This document shows positions 13,855-17,004 of a stretch of DNA of 17,004 nt, one piece after another; the first letter of the stretch is position 1, and each line of letters starts with the position of its first letter. Both the position numbers and the translations under genes were made by a program. The notes beneath the pieces are model-generated. The model saw only the letters and a list, made by a program, of their open reading frames with translations. It did not search any database and was not told the DNA's origin. This DNA comes from an uncultured Bacilli bacterium (GTDB taxonomy: Bacteria > Bacillota_I > Bacilli_A > RF39 > UBA660), in assembly GCA_910578745.1 (NCBI GenBank), contig CAJTSN010000027.1, forward strand, positions 5,099-22,102, written 5' to 3'.

Positions 13855-14050
13855 CTTCTTGTTTAATAATTTCTTTTCCTTTGTAGGTTCCACATTCTTT
13901 ACAAACTCTATGTGGCTTCACAGTAGCACCACATTTTGGACAAGTAGTCGTTGTATTCTCAGAAATTTTATAATGAGTACGACGTTTTCTTCCTCTTGTT
14001 TTACTTACTTTTCTAAATGGAACTGCAAATAGTTGTAATTCTAATCTCAT
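13844..14050 (-). CDS. rpmF: 50S ribosomal protein L32 (zinc-ribbon form)
   Basis: [18 protein letters not shown] is followed by CPKCG...CKECG. The RBS AGAGAGGT precedes the ATG at 14050. A short N-terminal extension of about 8 aa is present relative to the usual MAVP start. Confidence 0.9.
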   Translation of the reverse strand: MRLELQLFAVPFRKVSKTRGRKRRTHYKISENTTTTCPKCGATVKPHRVCKECGTYKGKEIIKQEDAA

Positions 14051-14065
14051 TTTCTCTACCTCTCT

Positions 14066-14545
14066 TTACTTTAATAAATCATTTAGTTTCTCAAAGGGTG
14101 AATTACTTTTTGTATCACCATTCGTTATTAGACGCCATCCATCACCTTCTAGATGAATCTCTTTTGCTTTATCACTAACAACTTTCATGGGAATTTCCAT
14201 TAGTATATTTTCCCATATAATTGGTAAAATATCAATAGAATTTTCATAATTTCTATATTTTTTTTCTGCTTTTTGAAGTGATTCTTCTAAATCTTCATCA
14301 ATTGAGACAGAAAAAGGATAGTTTACTTCTTCTAAGGTAATCGCACAAGGAAGTACCATTATACCTGAGATAGTCGCTTCAATGTGATAAGTATCGTATT
14401 GTACATCAATTACTCCATCTACTTGAACATCTTTTAAATCCAGTAATTCCGTTTTGTTTAATTCCTCTTTAGTAAAGGTATAACTTTTCGTAAAAGCTAT
14501 AGAACTTTCATAACCACTTTTTAATTTCGTAATATCAATCAGCAC
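14066..14545 (-). CDS. yceD: YceD/DUF177 family protein
   Basis: It holds the conserved position immediately upstream of rpmF. It is an acidic protein of 159 aa with the typical central 'LPCA..LEEV' segment. The GTG start has AGGAGGG 5 nt upstream. Confidence 0.75.
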   Translation of the reverse strand: MLIDITKLKSGYESSIAFTKSYTFTKEELNKTELLDLKDVQVDGVIDVQYDTYHIEATISGIMVLPCAITLEEVNYPFSVSIDEDLEESLQKAEKKYRNYENSIDILPIIWENILMEIPMKVVSDKAKEIHLEGDGWRLITNGDTKSNSPFEKLNDLLK

Positions 14546-14611
14546 AAAATCCCTCCTATCACATGTATTATAACAAAAAATAACCCTTGATACAAATTTT
14601 TCATCTCTATA

Positions 14612-15298
14612 TTATCTCATACTTTTAATAAGTAAAAGAAGGATAAAAAAAGATATAACTATAAATGCAGCCCCTGCACCATACTTAATTTTCAAATTTC
14701 GCTTACAAATTTCCTCTCTGCTTACATCATCGTAAGGATGTAAAAGAAGATCCATTTCTTTTAATTTAAATTCATTTCTCTTCTTTTGAACCAAATACTT
14801 TGCCTCTTCTAAAAGAGAATCAATACTTTTCTTAGACTTTATCCTTTCACTCTCTATAGAGGAATATGTATTTTCGCTATGCCTTGATAAGGATGGATAT
14901 AATTTACTTAAACGGCTAGTCGTAGTAATCGTAGAAATCAATTCTTTTATTTTTCTATCCTCTTTATCTGTAATTCCCCGCGGACATCTTGTTTTCTCAA
15001 CACGTTGAGAGGTCGTTTCATTCATTGTTTTTAACATATGATATATTTCTTCCTCATCATCTATAAAAGTCCTTTGCTCTGTTCTAGGATAATATTTTTT
15101 TTCCCTTTCCTGATATTTATAATCATCATAACTCTTAAAAAGTCGCTCAATTCTTGTAGTAGCAAGTGCCTCTTCTTTATCCACCTCACTACTCCCTATC
15201 AATAAGTCATCCATTTGTCGGTATAATAGTGAATTTTTCTCGCTTCTCTTAGTTGTTTTTTCTTTTTCGCTATAATACCTTTCCATCCTACTCGACAT
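14612..15298 (-). CDS. Hypothetical Lys/Glu-rich protein with a single C-terminal TM anchor
   Basis: The body is highly charged and the C-terminus is the hydrophobic segment AAFIVISFFILLLLI. I recognise no motif. I set the start at the ATG at 15298 (AGGTGG upstream) rather than 15319. Confidence 0.5.
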   Translation of the reverse strand: MSSRMERYYSEKEKTTKRSEKNSLLYRQMDDLLIGSSEVDKEEALATTRIERLFKSYDDYKYQEREKKYYPRTEQRTFIDDEEEIYHMLKTMNETTSQRVEKTRCPRGITDKEDRKIKELISTITTTSRLSKLYPSLSRHSENTYSSIESERIKSKKSIDSLLEEAKYLVQKKRNEFKLKEMDLLLHPYDDVSREEICKRNLKIKYGAGAAFIVISFFILLLLIKSMR

Positions 15299-15474
15299 AG
15301 CACCACCTAAATAAATCATACCACAATTTTATCAATTTAAACCATTTTCTTTTCTTTTCTAAAAGGAACATATTCCTGTTATTTACACTATTTTACACAT
15401 TTTTAAAATCTATTTACATTTATTTGTCCATTAAGCTCAAAAATATGATATTGTAGTTACAAAGGAGTGGTAGT

Positions 15475-16161
15475 ATGTTTGAAAATAGTATGCTCATATT
15501 TATAGCAATAATTCCAATTACTATTTTATTAAAGTACATATTTGATAAAGATAAGATTGAAAAAGAGCCTTTTCCACTACTAATTAGGTTATTTATTATG
15601 GGAATTTTTTCCGCAGCTCTTGTTCTACTTTTAACAAAAAGTCTGCACATGATTCTCCCTATACAGAACGGAGTATATACTTCTTTTGTCGAAGTTGGCT
15701 TTTTAGAAGAAATATCAAAATGGATTTGTGTCTATCTAGTTACTTGGAAAAATAAAGAGTTTGATTATAAGTTTGATGCGATTGTCTACTGTATTTTTGT
15801 ATCATTAGGATTTGCGCTCATTGAAAATATAGGTTATTCCATTACGTATGGTGTAGCTACCTGTCTTCTTAGAGCAGTCATATCTGTTCCAGGACATGCT
15901 TTCTTTGCTATTTATATGGGTTATTATCTTGGAATGGCAAAAATGGCCTATACCAATTACGAAAATCGAACAGGATCAAATTATACAATGTACAGTATAT
16001 TAATACCAACATTTCTACATGGGATTTATAATTACTGTCTTTTAGGTGAGAACGATGGCTTTTATATCTTCTTTATCATCTTTATTATTTCTTTATATAT
16101 TTTATCTTTTAAAACAGTGAATACTTTTTCAAATACAGATATGGCATTTCATACGGAATAG
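15475..16161 (+). CDS. prsW: PrsW-family intramembrane metalloprotease
   Basis: It is a multi-TM protein with FLEEISKW (EExxK), GFALIENIGY, PGHAFFA and HGIYN motifs. AAGGAG lies 8 nt upstream of the ATG. Confidence 0.8.
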   Translation: MFENSMLIFIAIIPITILLKYIFDKDKIEKEPFPLLIRLFIMGIFSAALVLLLTKSLHMILPIQNGVYTSFVEVGFLEEISKWICVYLVTWKNKEFDYKFDAIVYCIFVSLGFALIENIGYSITYGVATCLLRAVISVPGHAFFAIYMGYYLGMAKMAYTNYENRTGSNYTMYSILIPTFLHGIYNYCLLGENDGFYIFFIIFIISLYILSFKTVNTFSNTDMAFHTE

Positions 16162-16184
16162 TGAGAGGAATTCACTATTTTTTT
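16159..16184 (+). terminator. Intrinsic terminator after prsW
   Basis: TAGTGA (16159-16164), a 7-nt loop, then TCACTA (16172-16177) are followed by TTTTTTT. Confidence 0.7.
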
Positions 16185-16222
16185 ATAGTTTCCTACAAAA
16201 ACTTTTTAAATTTAAGTAAATT

Positions 16223-16249
16223 AAAAATTAGACCAAGATCTAATTTTTT
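16223..16249. terminator. AT-rich bidirectional hairpin between convergent genes
   Basis: AAAAATTAGA (16223-16232), loop CCAAGA, then TCTAATTTTT (16239-16248). The A- and T-runs are part of the stem, so the hairpin could serve either strand. Confidence 0.5.
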
Positions 16250-16263
16250 AATAAAATTTTTTC

Positions 16264-17004
16264 TCACTTATAAATGATTGTTCCATCTAATTCAAATTTG
16301 TTTGTCCTTGTGGAAAGCGGCATATTTGCTGAAAAGCATAATTTGTCACCCTTAAGATCAATAGATACTGATGTAGTACAGCTAGATGATGAATCTAAGG
16401 AATTCGTAAGTACAAATAAATTGTTAATAGAATAAAGATACCAATATTGTGCTGTAGCTGAGGAAGAGGCAGAGGAATACCCTCTACTTATTCTAAAACT
16501 ATCATCCCATGAATTGGCATTAGAAGAGCTATAAATTCCTCTTAAGTCAATATTTTTCATTAAAATTTCTTTCGAATCAAAATTCATCCCTATAGAAGCA
16601 CAGAACACAGCTGTATCATTATAAGAACCACTTGCTGAATGGCATCCATCATGCAATTTTTTCCATGTACCAGACTGTATTGTAATAGGTTGTAAAGTTT
16701 CTCGATTATATACTTCAGTAACTGGAACCTTAAAGCTGTACGTTTTCCAATACCCCTGACTCTCACACGTTGGACATGTTGTTTCCCCTGTACCTGTAAT
16801 TCCTAGTACAGTTTGCCCTTTTAATAGCTTACCTGCCGTTAATCCTATCGCACTCGCTACATCCGCATAGGTAGCACTTATCTCTGAACCCCAGCCTAAG
16901 CCTCCATAATATCCTGCTGGTATTCGATAATATAGTGAGTTTTCATAAGTAATTACTGAACTCGCTGTTCCACTTAAATTATTAGGCATTGTTCCTGTGA
17001 CCTT
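16264..17004 (-). CDS. Hypothetical Ser/Gly/Cys-rich, probably secreted protein. This is a C-terminal part, and the frame is open to the window edge.
   Basis: The frame continues with no stop through 16990-17004 (KVTGT upstream of the first Met). I recognise no catalytic motif. The segment 'LLKGQTVLGITGTG' recalls fibre- or adhesin-like proteins. Confidence 0.45.
   Translation of the reverse strand, partial: KVTGTMPNNLSGTASSVITYENSLYYRIPAGYYGGLGWGSEISATYADVASAIGLTAGKLLKGQTVLGITGTGETTCPTCESQGYWKTYSFKVPVTEVYNRETLQPITIQSGTWKKLHDGCHSASGSYNDTAVFCASIGMNFDSKEILMKNIDLRGIYSSSNANSWDDSFRISRGYSSASSSATAQYWYLYSINNLFVLTNSLDSSSSCTTSVSIDLKGDKLCFSANMPLSTRTNKFELDGTIIYK

Noticed and set aside
1-17004. I looked for CRISPR arrays, tRNA or rRNA genes, transposase or integrase genes and toxin-antitoxin pairs.
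   Set aside because: I saw no regularly spaced direct repeats, cloverleaf-capable GC-rich segments or recombinase motifs on either strand. The only non-trivial repeat pair is the TR/VR.

Overview
This is an AT-rich window (roughly 30% GC by eye) that reads cleanly in the standard genetic code and looks like a Bacillota-type chromosome. Ordinary core genes flank a minus-strand block of about 5.9 kb (about 4798-10665). The core genes are a ylxM fragment, ftsY, rnj, an orphan histidine kinase, a SEDS FtsW/RodA protein, yceD-rpmF and prsW. I read the block as a complete diversity-generating retroelement (DGR): an Avd-like gene, a 74-nt template repeat (TR, 9922-9995), a spacer of about 224 nt, and a DGR-type reverse transcriptase. 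It is wired to an unusual target operon. The variable repeat (VR, 8340-8413) differs from the TR at 13 positions, all of them TR adenines on the coding strand (13 of 23 adenines changed, 0 of 51 other bases changed). The VR does not lie at the C-terminus of a lectin-type receptor. It lies near the N-terminus of one 645-codon reading frame (8622..6685) whose body is a MoxR/AAA_5-like ATPase. Two co-directional genes follow it: a Walker-A-less AAA paralog, and an HExxH metallopeptidase plus VWA (DUF2201-like) protein. In this copy the frame is broken by a single TGA inside the VR, at a codon that is TAA in the TR. The TR carries two adenine-containing stop codons in the target frame, so the DGR could act as a stochastic ON/OFF gate as well as a diversifier. 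All domain calls come from motifs recognised by eye. No searches were run.
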